Positions 14,793 through 28,423 of a stretch of DNA of 64,000 bases are shown here, piece by piece. The position numbers and the translations under genes were made by a program. The notes beneath the pieces were generated by a model, which saw only the letters and a list, made by a program, of their open reading frames with translations, was not told the DNA's origin and searched no databases. The stretch is taken from the NCBI GenBank assembly GCA_964016885.1, contig OZ024748.1, positions 13,206,001-13,270,000 of the forward strand, in the 5' to 3' direction. The stretch's first letter is position 1. Every line of letters begins with the position of its first letter. Source of the DNA: Eledone cirrhosa. Lineage: Eukaryota.

Positions 14793-14858
14793 TATACTCT
14801 TTTACTCTTTTACCTGTTCCAGAAATCCGGCTGAGGCCATGTTGGGGCAACGCCCTTA
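14793..14858. mobile_element. Short SINE tail fragment
   Basis: tactcttttactcttttacctgtt...ctgaggccatgttggggcaacgccc resembles an abundant octopus repeat end (from memory). Confidence 0.45.
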
Positions 14859-14983
14859 ATATATATATATATATATAGTATGTAGATAAATCTACCAAAA
14901 GTTTACGGTAGTGTCCAATCCGTATGAAGAACTCAATGAAAAGAGAAGATGCATTCAAAAACTACTTTCGGTGAAAAGTAAAT

Positions 14984-15079
14984 GGTCTGTTGGAGATGCA
15001 GGATATGGCAGCGATAATGAGGGACAGAGACCGCTGGAGAGAACTCGTCCATGGATCTCGGGAATTTTACCCGCCTTAG

Positions 15080-15082
<3 letters not shown>
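14984..15082 (+). mobile_element. RTE-type LINE extreme 3' fragment
   Basis: Encodes [31 protein letters not shown], the DR..WR..V motif that ends RTE ORFs; runs into (TA)n. Confidence 0.7.
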
Positions 15083-15157
<75 letters not shown>

Positions 15158-15162
15158 GTATG

Positions 15163-15237
<75 letters not shown>

Positions 15238-15242
15238 GTATG

Positions 15243-15301
<59 letters not shown>

Positions 15302-15714
15302 AACATATATTTATATATATATATACCTACACACACACATATATATATATATAGAGAGAGATAGATAGATATAGATATAGATAGATAGATACATATATGT
15401 GTGTGTTTGTGCTGAGTGTCAACAATTTCTTCATATGTGTACTGTATGTATAAAGATTTCCTAGTGTCTGCCTGTGTCTATGTAAGTGTTTGTATGTTTA
15501 TGTGTAATGAGTATATGTGAATCTGTGTGTGCATTTTGTCTACATATGCGTATGCGTGTGTCAAATATTGTGTAATTGAATATACAGGTAAAAACAATCT
15601 ACGCTGGCAGATGTAACATTAATATCAAACTAATATTGCTCCAAAGCAGATTGTTTCGTATGTTAGTGGCACTCACCGTTTATTGGAAATTGAGTCATTG
15701 TAAATTTCACATAA

Positions 15715-15831
<117 letters not shown>

Positions 15832-15897
15832 CATATATATATATACATATACATATGTATATATATATATATGTATATTTATTTCTATTTATATGTA

Positions 15898-15930
<33 letters not shown>

Positions 15931-16046
15931 TAATATATTTATGTATATATATATATAAATATATTTATGTATACATACATATTTTATATACACACATATA
16001 TATAAAGAAATAAATATATAAATAAATAAATAAATAAATAAATATA

Positions 16047-16155
<109 letters not shown>

Positions 16156-16727
16156 TCATATATGTACGTGTATATTTGTACATATACACATACATATACA
16201 TATCTTTTCAACAATTTATATATTTTCTATATTTTTTCCATCTTTTACATTCCTGCACTGAAACTTTCTTTATTTCTTCTCTTCCCCCTTTCCTGCTCTC
16301 TTCCTTCCGTCACCTTCTTTTCATCATACACCTTTCTCATCTTTTCGTTAATATTAATTGTTTGTTAATGACGTCATTGTTCTCATCATCTTTTACAATC
16401 TTTGCTCCTGTTTTTTTACTGTTGTATTTGTTACAGCTATAGTTATTGTTGTTCTTACTGTTATTGTTATTGTTGTGGTTGTTGCTGCTACTGCTGCTAC
16501 TGGTGATGTTGATTTTGCTGTAGCTGTTGCTGTTGTTTTTGGTGTTACTGCTGTTGTTGTTGTTGTTGTTGGTGGTGGTGTTGTTATATATGGGGTTGTT
16601 TTAGTCGTGGGAGGGAGGTGTTTTTTTTCTTACTTTTCCTATTGTGGTAGAACAATTTATCTGTACTACTAACATTCTCTTCCCCAACACCCATTTCTCT
16701 TCCATTTGTCTTACGGACGCCCTTCCC

Positions 16728-16894
<167 letters not shown>

Positions 16895-17094
16895 GTGTCC
16901 ACATTTTTTTTTAGTTCTGTGTGTGTATTTCTTTAAACAAGCATGCTAACCACTTGTACAATACAATATACTATAGAATTCATGGGAAGTGATTTGCTGT
17001 ATTTGATTCTATTTCCTATTTTATAGAATATATATACATACACATATTTATATATATATATATATACATATGTATGTATGTGTGTATGTATGTT

Positions 17095-17147
<53 letters not shown>

Positions 17148-17157
17148 ATATATATAT

Positions 17158-17248
<91 letters not shown>

Positions 17249-17442
17249 ATATAATATGCATATTTATATATTTATTTTTATTCATTTATTAAATATTAAA
17301 TTCGATCTATTTTTATATATATTCTACTATAAACATATATATATATATATATATATACATATAGATATATAGATATATTCATTTATTAAATATATTTTAT
17401 CTATTTTTATACATATCCTACTCTACACACACATACATACAA

Positions 17443-17476
<34 letters not shown>

Positions 17477-17640
17477 CTATATCTATTATGTATGTATCAA
17501 TCAATGTCCTATGACAGCTAAACATATATCATCCATCTTTTCTTTTCTATTACCTCCATTTTACACTTGTCTATATTGTTATATTATTTATTTTATATAC
17601 ATACCATTTCTTATCGGATTTCTTTCACATGTGTGTTTAT

Positions 17641-17989
17641 TCACACCATCACCATCACCATCATCCTTACCATCACAATCACCATCACCATCATCACCGT
17701 TACCATCACAATCACCATCATCATCACCATCACCAATACCGTCACCATCACCATCACCATCACCACCATCACCGTTACCATCACAATCACCATCACCATC
17801 ACCAACAAAATCACCATCACCGTTACCATCACAATCACCATCACCATCACCATCACCATCATCATCACCATCATCGCCATCACCATCACCAATACAATCA
17901 CCATCACCATCATCACCATCACCGTTACCATCACCATCACCATCACCATCATCACTATCACAATCACCATCACCGATACCATCATCATC

Positions 17990-18020
<31 letters not shown>

Positions 18021-18888
18021 ACATCAACATCAACATCAACATCACCATCACCATCACCATTACTATAACTATCACCATCACAGTTAACACGAAGACTCTG
18101 ATTATAACCACCGCCACCGCCATCCTCACAATAGTAATCAATCAGCGCAATCATCGCCACCACCACCACTGTCATTATCACCACCACCACCACCACTGTC
18201 ATTATCACCACCACCACCACCACTGTCATTATCACCACCACCACCACCACTGTCATTATCACCACCACCACCACCACTGTCATTACCACCACCACCAACA
18301 CCACCACCACCACCACCACCACTGTCATTACCACCACCACCACCACTGCCATTACCACCACCACCACCACCACCACCACCACTGTCATTACCACCACTGC
18401 CATTACCACCACCACCACCACCACCACTGTCATTACCACCACCACCACCACCACCACCACCACCACTGTCATTACCACCACCACCACCACCACCACTGTC
18501 ATTACCACCACCACCACCACCACTGTCATTACCACCACCACCACCACCACCACTGTCATTACCACCACCACCACTACTACTGTCATTACCACCACCATCA
18601 CCACCACCACTGTCATTACCACCACCACCACCACCACCACTGTCATTACCACCACCACCACCACCACCACCACTGCCATTACCACCACCACCACTACTAC
18701 TGTCATTACCACCACCACCACCACTAGCACTACCAACATCATCACCACCAATAACACAACCACCACTACTACTGTCATTACCACCACCACCACCACTAGC
18801 ACTACCAACATCATCACCACCAATAACACAAACACCTCCGCCACAGAGCTATAATATCATCAATAATAGAGCCAACACCACCATTACC

Positions 18889-18919
<31 letters not shown>

Positions 18920-19410
18920 ACCACCACCACCACCACCATCTCAGTCATCCCCACAACCTCTACCGCCACAGAGCTATGCTATTATCACTAATACCACCAC
19001 CACCACAGAACAATACTATCATCACTAATACCACGAAAACCACCACCATGCACACCACCACCAACACCACCAGCAGCAGCACCACCACCACCACAACCAC
19101 AACCACAACCACCGGCGCTACAGAACAATACTATCATCACTTAAACCACCACCACCACCACCACCACCATCAACACCACCACTGACATCACCACCACCAC
19201 CACAACCACCGCCGCTACAGAACAATACTATCATCACTTAAACCACCACCACCACCACCACCACCACCACCACCATTAACACCACCACTGACATCACCAC
19301 CACCACCAGCGACCCCCCCCCCCCCTCCAGCACCAGCACCACCACTACCACCACCAACACCACCACCGACACCGTCACCATCAGCCTCACTGTCGCCACC
19401 ATCACCACTG
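17641..19410. repeat. CAT/CAC microsatellite and (CAC)n-TGTCATTAC minisatellite
   Basis: Directly visible. Confidence 0.95.
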
Positions 19411-19702
19411 AAACCAATGCTATCATTTCGTAGTTATTATCTAACAGAGTAAATGATCGTTGGTGTAGAAATGACAGGTTATTCCCCAGAAATAACACAC
19501 AATCACTGTTATTACAACTGTTGACTTTCAACTACAAATTCAATTATTAGCATTTCGTTGTTGTTATTACTATTATTATTACTATTATTATTGACTTATG
19601 ATCATTATTATTGATATTAAGGAAACGATCATTATTATATCTATAATCATCAATATTTCTATAATCATCATAATTATCAGCTGTCATTATTATCGTCAAA
19701 AT

Positions 19703-20100
19703 AGGGCGGTGGATTGGCAGTATTGGGAGAGGGTCGGACGCCATGCTTTCCAGCATAGTTACGTCCCTTTATGATCTGAGTTCAAATCCCGCCGAGGTTA
19801 ACTTTGCCTTTCATCCTTACGGGGTCGATAAAATAAAGTACCAGTAATGCACTGGGGATAATTGCTGGCCTTGTGCTAAAAGTAGAAACAATTATTATCG
19901 TCAAAATAGGGCGGTGGATTGGCAGAATTGGGAGAGGGTCGGACGCCATGCTTTGACGTATAGAGTTACGGCCCTTGCCATTCTGAGTTAAAATCCCGCC
20001 GAGGTTAACTTTGCCTTTCATCCTTACGGGGGTCGATAAAATAAAGTACCAGTAATTCACTGGGATAATTGCTGGCCTTGTGCCTAACGTAGAAACAATT
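19703..20100 (+). mobile_element. Two head-to-tail full-length main-family SINEs
   Basis: Copies at 19703-19893 and 19908-20100; the 17-bp attattatcgtcaaaat occurs before, between and after them. Confidence 0.9.
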
Positions 20101-20181
20101 ATTATCGTCAAAATCATCACCATCATCAGCATCACAGGCATCATTAGCAGCATCAGCATCAGTATCACTAACATCATCATT

Positions 20182-20217
<36 letters not shown>

Positions 20218-20310
20218 TCTAACATCATCATCATCAATATTATTATTATTATTATTATTATCATTGACATCTTCATGATAAACTATCATCATCAATATCA
20301 CCACTCACAA

Positions 20311-20341
<31 letters not shown>

Positions 20342-20447
20342 GTCATCGTCATCACTATCATCGCCATCACTATCATCGCCATCATCATCGTCGACGTCGA
20401 TATGGTCGCCATCTTTCTCCTCGTAATTCTCATCCTCACCATCATAT

Positions 20448-20611
20448 TAAATCGACCCGTGTGCATTACTGGTGTTATATTTTATCGACCCCGTAATGAT
20501 GAAAGCCAAAGCAATTCCCGGTGGGATTTTAAATCAGAACGTAAAGGGCCACAACTAAATGCTGCAAAACATTTTGTCCGACGCTCTAACAATTCTGCTA
20601 ATCCGCCACCC

Positions 20612-20657
<46 letters not shown>

Positions 20658-21405
20658 TGTTTCTACTTTAGGCACAAGGCCATCAATACCCAGTGCATTA
20701 CTGGTACATTATTTTATCGACCCCGTAAGGATGAAAGGCAAAATAAAAATAATAATCATAATAATTGTTTATACTTTTGGCACAAGGCCAGAAATTACCC
20801 TAGTGTATTACTGGTACTTCATTTTATCGACTCCAGAACGTTACTGGTACTATATATTATTGACTCCGTAATGCTGAAGGGTATAGAAAACCACGGCGGG
20901 ATTTTAAAGTAGAGACCTCACGCTACGCCACATAGCAGCGTGCCCAACGCTCTACCGAATCTGCCTATAATAATGGTTACATTTATTGGCCACAAGGGCC
21001 AAGATATAGGGGACAATACAATAGACGGGGACATTGGAGGTTTTACATAAAAATCGAGTAAAAAATCTGAAAACAATAACAATAAACAAGAAAAATACAA
21101 CGATGAAAATTACTCAATAGCGGGATTAACCACCCAGGGTTGATTCAGGTACGCCACCGATCCTGGACCACTCGACGCTTCGAGGGCGCCTGGGACGCAC
21201 CCTATAATAATAATAACGAAATAATTGTTTCTACTTTTGGCACAAGGCCAGCAATTACCCAGTACATTACTGGTACTTTATTTTATCGACCACGGAAGGG
21301 TGAAAGGCAAACTTAATCGCGGCGGGATTTGAACTCAGTCCGTAAAGCGACGTAACTCTATGCTTGAAAGCAGGGCGTCCGACTCTCCTCTACCAATACT
21401 GCCAA
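20448..21405 (-). mobile_element. Cluster of four main-family SINE copies plus an unrelated insert at ~20970-21203
   Basis: SINE motifs at ~20448-20612, 20655-20742, 20763-20966 and 21222-21405, separated by (TAA)n. Confidence 0.85.
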
Positions 21406-21792
21406 ATAATAAGAAATGTTGGTAGAGAAATCAGAAAGATAACACCTGAAGAAAGCACCAACACCACCACCACCACCACCACCACCACCACCACCACCAC
21501 CACCACCACCACCATCAACACCATCAACAACAACAACAACAAAAAGAAAAAACACAAAAGTATCACAACAACAATAAAATGAGCGGCGACACATTAATTA
21601 AATGTGTTGATGAGAACAACGATGACAACAACCATAGCAACAACAACATCGCCAGGGATAATGTTGTTTTTGTGATAATCAATGAAGTTGACTAATTTAG
21701 ATAACAGTAATAATTATAGTATTTTATATCTCTTTATGTGTTATTAGTGTAGACTGTAGAGCGCTTATGGTGCGTGTGTGTGTGTGTGTGTA

Positions 21793-21849
<57 letters not shown>

Positions 21850-21851
21850 AA

Positions 21852-21883
<32 letters not shown>

Positions 21884-21902
21884 ATATATATATATGTATA
21901 TG

Positions 21903-21937
<35 letters not shown>

Positions 21938-22096
21938 GCACACAAATATACATATGTATATATGTATATATATATGTATATATATATGTATATATATGTA
22001 TATATAGTTATATATATATATACACATATATATATATATAGTGTTTCTGAATTTGTTTAGCAAGATTCTTTATCTGAAAACGTGTGTTGAAACTGA

Positions 22097-22360
22097 TATT
22101 GTTATACTTTAAGAGGGTCATGTTGCCAATAAGAAACACACGCACCAGTTGCTTTCACTCCAATTTATTATAAATTAAATTTATAAATTTAAGAAATTTG
22201 TAAATTTCTGGTTGTTTGGTTGGTTCCACAACCGGACAGTTGTTCATATATTGTCAAAGTTCTTTCGTCACACATTCTGTGACCTCTTCAGTGACTGGGA
22301 TTGTTTTCTTTGTTTTGTGCCTCTCCTTTGTTCTGTCCTAAGCCATCTTGTATTTGTGTG
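22097..22360 (-). mobile_element. Hammerhead-bearing Penelope-like pLTR/retrozyme-like element, family A
   Basis: Reverse-complement homolog of 62811-63073; shares the 3' terminus (...TGACCCTC..AAAGTATAACAATA) with 34815-35212; sits in TA-rich repeats. Confidence 0.7.
22253..22295 (-). ncRNA. Minimal type I hammerhead ribozyme
   Basis: Minus strand reads GUCA CUGAAGA g GUCAC agaaugu GUGAC GAAA gaac UU|UGAC: 4-bp stem I, 5-bp stem II with one extra nt after A9, minimal stem III. Confidence 0.65.
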
Positions 22361-22428
22361 TATATATATATACATGTGTGTATACGCATAACACAAAATT
22401 TCTTACGATGTACTAGATCCACCCTCTC

Positions 22429-22461
<33 letters not shown>

Positions 22462-22840
22462 CTGTAGTAATTTTCTTATTCTTATCAATATGTTAGCAAT
22501 TAATATAAATTCTAGCCGATTATAGTATAAATAATAATCAAGGGTAATTAATACTATATATATATAAACAGGCTCACACAGACACGCACATAAACACACA
22601 CAGACACACACCCATATATATATTCATAAATATATACATACATATATATATATATATATATTTACATATATATTTACATATATATATATATATATATATA
22701 TACACACTGTATATTTAATATATTTAATTATATAAATCATATCTACATGACTAGAACTCTTTCACTCGTAATAAATTATTTCTATCTCTCTCTCCCTCTC
22801 ACTTTCTTTCTCCACCCTCTCTCTCACTCTCTCTCTCTCT

Positions 22841-22918
<78 letters not shown>

Positions 22919-23011
22919 ATCTATTCGCGCTTTAAATTATACGATAAACATAACAGATATATTCATTTTAGATATACAATGAAGATTTGTTTTATATATA
23001 TTATATACAAT

Positions 23012-23400
23012 AAATAATTGTTTCTACTATTGACACAAGGTCAACAATTAACCCAGTGTATGGCTGGTACTTTATTTCATCGATCCCGTAAGGATGAAAG
23101 GCAAAGTTAATCTCGGCGGGATTTGAACTCAGTTCATAAAGGGCCGTAACTCTTTGCTGCAAAGCATGGCGTCCGACCCTCTACCGATACTGCCAATCCA
23201 CCGCCTTTACACTACAATAAATAATTGTTTCTACTTTAGGCACAAGGCCAGCAATTACCCAGTGCATTACTGGTACTTTATTTTTTCGACCCCGTAAGGA
23301 TGAAAGGCAAAGTCAACCCCGGTGGGATTTGAAATCAGATCGTAAAGGGACTTAACTATGCTGGAAAGCATGGCGTCCGACCCTCTACCGATACTGCCAA
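23012..23400 (-). mobile_element. Two tandem main-family SINEs
   Basis: Copies at ~23014-23207 and ~23222-23400; tacaataaataa is duplicated around the left copy. Confidence 0.9.
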
Positions 23401-24074
23401 TAATGAAGTGTATACTATTATTTATGCCGCATATATGTTAACTATTGGTGTGCACACTCACACACGTGTGTGTGTGTGTGTGTGTGTGTGTATGCGAAAG
23501 TGTGTGCCTTCTAGTGCGCATATGTCTATGTATATATCTATGCGTATGTGAATGCGTGTGCGTGTTGTGTGTTGTGTTCTTGAGTAAAAATCACTTCAAT
23601 TCACGTTGCTGGGCTTTTTAACCCTCCGATGGTCGAGACAGACACATATATATATATTTATGTGTATGAATATATAGACATTATTATACTCCTATATATC
23701 TAATAACTACTAGCGTGTATATATCATTCAGACTGTATATATAATATCTATTTGCGAGTACTAAATATTATTTTATTTATTTATCTTATCGATCTTTCGA
23801 TTTATGGTGTTTGATTTGATGACAGTGATTGCATATTTTCATAGGAATCGATAATATTGTTCCATATGGATCTCCTATATGTATTCATACTCACATAGAG
23901 AGAGAGGCCGGAGGGGGAGAGAGGGGGAGAGACAGAGAGAGAGAGATAGAGAGAGAGAGAACAACACCTACACACATGTATAGGAGCTTCGATGAACGAG
24001 TTCTAATTGGAAGGGCAAAAGTCTATTCATATATATACATACATAACATACAAATATATTTCTTTCTATCTACT

Positions 24075-24107
<33 letters not shown>

Positions 24108-24238
24108 GTATGTGTGTGTGTATTAATATATATACATATATAATTATATATATAAGAGTGTTTATTACAATATCTACACACGATTTTCCTTCAGTAGAAT
24201 ACGTTGAATAACTGTTTTATTGGAATGAACTCAACTAT

Positions 24239-24298
<60 letters not shown>

Positions 24299-24305
<7 letters not shown>

Positions 24306-24604
24306 TAAAAAGGAAAAGAAAATGGTGACAAATTTTTCCCAGTGAAAAATAGTTTAATTATGAATCCAGATTCCTAATCCAGATTAGAGCAAACATCACG
24401 AGCGCTCTATCCCAAAATTATTTTTGAAAAGCATTAGAAATGCGCCACCGGTAAAAACTTAATACTAAAACTGAATATTAACCAATACTTATTACTAATT
24501 TATACTTATACCTAATTAAACTATTTTTCACTGGGAAAAATTTGTCAGCATTTTCTTTTCCTTTTACTAATATATCACAACTCGTGTGTTACACCTCTAT
24601 TTTT

Positions 24605-24608
<4 letters not shown>
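24299..24608 (+). mobile_element. (TA)n-embedded element with ~60-bp inverted arms and a ~34-nt tail (Penelope-like architecture)
   Basis: 24299-24360 is the reverse complement of 24513-24574 (1 mismatch, 1 indel); 24575-24608 extends beyond the right arm into (TA)n. Confidence 0.6.
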
Positions 24609-24641
<33 letters not shown>

Positions 24642-25067
24642 CTACCCTATTATATATATACACACACATATGCAAGTGAACGCACACACACACACTCAAA
24701 AATTTATATTAATATATATGCATGTCTGTTTGTGTCTATATTTATATATGTATATATATGTGTGTGTGTACTTGTATTGTACGTGTGTTATAAACTATAT
24801 TTATCATACCATAGTATTTAAATATTAACTGATTGTGCACTCAACACTATTTGGCAGAATGGCAGCGACTTCGAAGTTCCATCTTGTTGTGTTTCTGTGC
24901 GTGATAATGTGCCTGTGCATGTATGTGTGTGTTTCTGTATGTGTGTGTGTTTGTGTATGTGTGCGTTTGTGTGTGTATTCGATCTTCGTTGATAGAATGC
25001 TCGGAAACCCCCAATTAGTGACGTGCTGACTACATTTGAAAATGATGGATATATCGATTTATTAAAA

Positions 25068-25120
<53 letters not shown>

Positions 25121-25504
25121 GTTTGCATTGCATTCTGTCATAGTCGAAACACTCTGAAAATATACTCTGTCCGTTGGTCAATATGTTACATCATATGCAT
25201 CCTTCCCGTGGGTCTTTCTGCACTTCTCATTGTAGCCACTTCTCATTATTTTCCAATGCCATCCTTGCGCACGAAATTGCATTGGAACATGGGTGGCTGA
25301 AGCGGAAAATAAATAATTTTTTTTCATCCGTCCAGCGTACTTTGGTATATATAAAACATAGAAGCATTTGCCTGTGTTATATCAACTCATTCACATACGT
25401 GTTTCGGTTACTCTTTTAATGATTGCATAATAGTTCTACACTAGAATAACTGAAATACGTATAATCGAATGAATACTATTATGTAACAGCTGTCTTAACA
25501 TTTA

Positions 25505-25589
<85 letters not shown>

Positions 25590-26026
25590 CTTTGACTCTT
25601 TTTGAACTGATGTATACGTCAATGTCAAATTGTAATCAGCTGTGTAGGTTGTATTACAAACAGTGCTGCTGTTTGTTTATTTACAGCTGATTAATTTGAA
25701 ATATATATATTTTCTGAGGGTGATTCGTGTGACACTCAGTTGGGTGCGGCATATAATCTAATGAGTCATTAGTTGATAGAAGGATCTTTAAGGAAATTGT
25801 AATGGAGATAAATCACTTTACTGCTGATATTTCAACATATCTGATTGTTAACAGCTACATCAAGAAAAGGAGCTGATTTTTAGATGAGGAGGTTGAATTT
25901 GAACTCAAATCCACTAATTATCTCGCCAGACTCTTTCCCAACCATTAACCTCATCGGATCTGGACCTAATTGCTACTTTATTTATTTTTCCCGAAAGATA
26001 GGATGTGGTAAAACCCAGATAGACCA

Positions 26027-26162
26027 TAACCCACCATATTACTGGATACTTGGGCTAGTAGAGTGGGTAATAGGAAACTACTCAGCTATATCCGAACACA
26101 GTTCGGATCTAGCTATTGAAATGGCCGGAGCTCAGCAGCCGTCAGGGTCCTGCATCTTTTCA
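26027..26162. mobile_element. Family B-related diverged copy
   Basis: gaccataac..agtagagtgggtaataggaa, a hairpin tccgaac-aca-gttcgga, then ttgaaatggccggagctcagc..gtcagggtcct; abuts (TA)n. Confidence 0.55.
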
Positions 26163-26192
26163 TATGTATATATATATATATATATATATATC

Positions 26193-26364
<172 letters not shown>

Positions 26365-27226
26365 CAACCTTCTTTCCTGATTTATTATTACTCCAAGTGT
26401 TTACAACATAAGAATTACAGCATACCCGCAGCATCACTATGAAAACGCCTTGTTGAGTCAAACCAAGCCACTACCTGGAATACCATAACTGGACTATACC
26501 TAAGTGGACTGCATCTAACTATTATTTGTTACCCCGTATATATATATATGAATATATATATATTTATATACACATATATATATTTGATATCTGTCTAGGA
26601 CATGTCTAAGTCAGTAACACCACATATAGATAGATAGATACATATATATAAAGAGGGTGTTGTTTTGACGATCATAGCATTCTTCAAACAACCTAGCCTG
26701 TAACATAAGGTTAGTCAGCTCGCAATTGTGGTCCGTCCGGGATTACGTCCCACGAATCACCTGTTCTACGGGGCCACTATGCAGTAATAGTGACAAACAG
26801 CAGAGCCAAGCCAAGCCAAGACAAGTTAAGCCAAACAAATAGACTACCTTAATATAATGGTGAAATCTAGTCAGGAAAATATTTGATGTTATCAGATGTA
26901 TTGTTAGTGCATAGTTATGGTTTGTTTTCACAGTTGGTTGTAGTAGATAGATATACAGACCGCCATGTCAAATATTGTTGGCCGCCATTGTTCTGCAACT
27001 AATGCCACCTACAGGCAGTTAAACAAAACACAAACACACTCCATTTGTCTCTTCCCCTCAACCTTCCATCCCCCCCTTTCTTTTTCTCTTTATCACTCTC
27101 ATCTCTTACAATTGCCCTCGCGTATACTTATAATAGAAAGGCATTTGTGTACGCGTCTGTGCATATATATATAAATGTGTATATGTGTGTGTATATCTGT
27201 ATGTATATAAATAAATAAATAAATAA

Positions 27227-27338
<112 letters not shown>

Positions 27339-27685
27339 ATCTATCTATATATATATATCTATATGTATATCTATCTATATATATATATATATATATATAT
27401 GCAAGCCTCTGTGCGTGTGAGTGTGTGTAAAGGCGTATGTATATATATCTGTGTTGGTATTTAAGTGTGCGTTGGTGTGTGGTGTACCAATTTAAATACG
27501 CAAATGATAAAATTCATTGAGAAAGCTACGTACATCAAAAGGACAGTTACAAGAGGAAAAAGAACACCCATCTATTATGCTGGAAATATTCAGTATATAT
27601 AGTTAGAACATACGCATACAGAGATATGCGTCGCTGTAAACACATACACAGACACACACAGACACACAACACTCTTCCTCTCCCC

Positions 27686-27751
<66 letters not shown>

Positions 27752-27752
<1 letters not shown>

Positions 27753-27865
27753 CGTGTGGCTGAGTGGTTAGAGGACTGGATTCGCAATCGTGAGGTTGTG
27801 AGTTCGATTCCTAGACCGGGCGATGCGTTATATCCTTGAGCAAGACACTTTATTTCACGTTTCTC
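27752..27865 (+). mobile_element. CORE-like SINE 5' part
   Basis: gcgtgtggctgagtggttagaggactggattcgcaatcgtgaggttgtgagttcgattcc (A/B boxes), then tccttgagcaagacactttatttcacgtt. Confidence 0.75.
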
Positions 27866-27965
27866 CTTCTACCTGGTGTTGCGACCGATAGATAGTATTA
27901 GCAACTGGAAAGACCAACTGAAACATTGTAAGCGTCGGTCTAATTTGACGAAAGTCGATCGATCC

Positions 27966-28002
<37 letters not shown>

Positions 28003-28005
<3 letters not shown>

Positions 28006-28187
28006 GGAACGAGTAGGACCCCGACGGCTGAGCTCAAGCCGTTTCGACGGCGTCCAGAATTAGCCGTCGAAACGGCTTGAGCTCAGCCGTCGGGGTCCTA
28101 CTCGTTCCTATTACCCACTCTACTACCCTAAGTATTGAGTACTTTGGTGCGTTATGGTCCACCTGGTTCCTTACCACATTTCCTTCG

Positions 28188-28190
<3 letters not shown>
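28003..28190 (+). mobile_element. Family B fold-back element (49-bp perfect inverted arms plus ~79-nt tail) in (TA)n
   Basis: 28003-28051 is the reverse complement of 28063-28111, with an 11-nt spacer; the tail ends ...ccttcgtta(TA)n. Confidence 0.75.
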
Positions 28191-28234
<44 letters not shown>

Positions 28235-28388
28235 CACCCAATTGTTTCCAGTTCCCAATTCTCTCGCTTGAAGAGATAGTCTTGTTTAATAGCGACAATT
28301 GAAATTGAAAACAACGACTTCACTGTTACCTACATTCATAGTAATAGCACTTCTCTGACAACAAACCCTATCACTGATAACACCTCTT

Positions 28389-28423
<35 letters not shown>

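Noticed and set aside
17511-18844. His-rich ORFs resembling metal-binding or beak proteins
   Set aside because: CAC/CAT microsatellite; no unique coding context.
20970-21203. Possible LINE 3' UTR fragment (similar end at ~43840-43900)
   Set aside because: No coding motif recovered, so no family could be assigned.
27752-27812. tRNA-like sequence with A and B boxes
   Set aside because: Runs directly into a SINE body and gives no complete cloverleaf; it is a SINE head.
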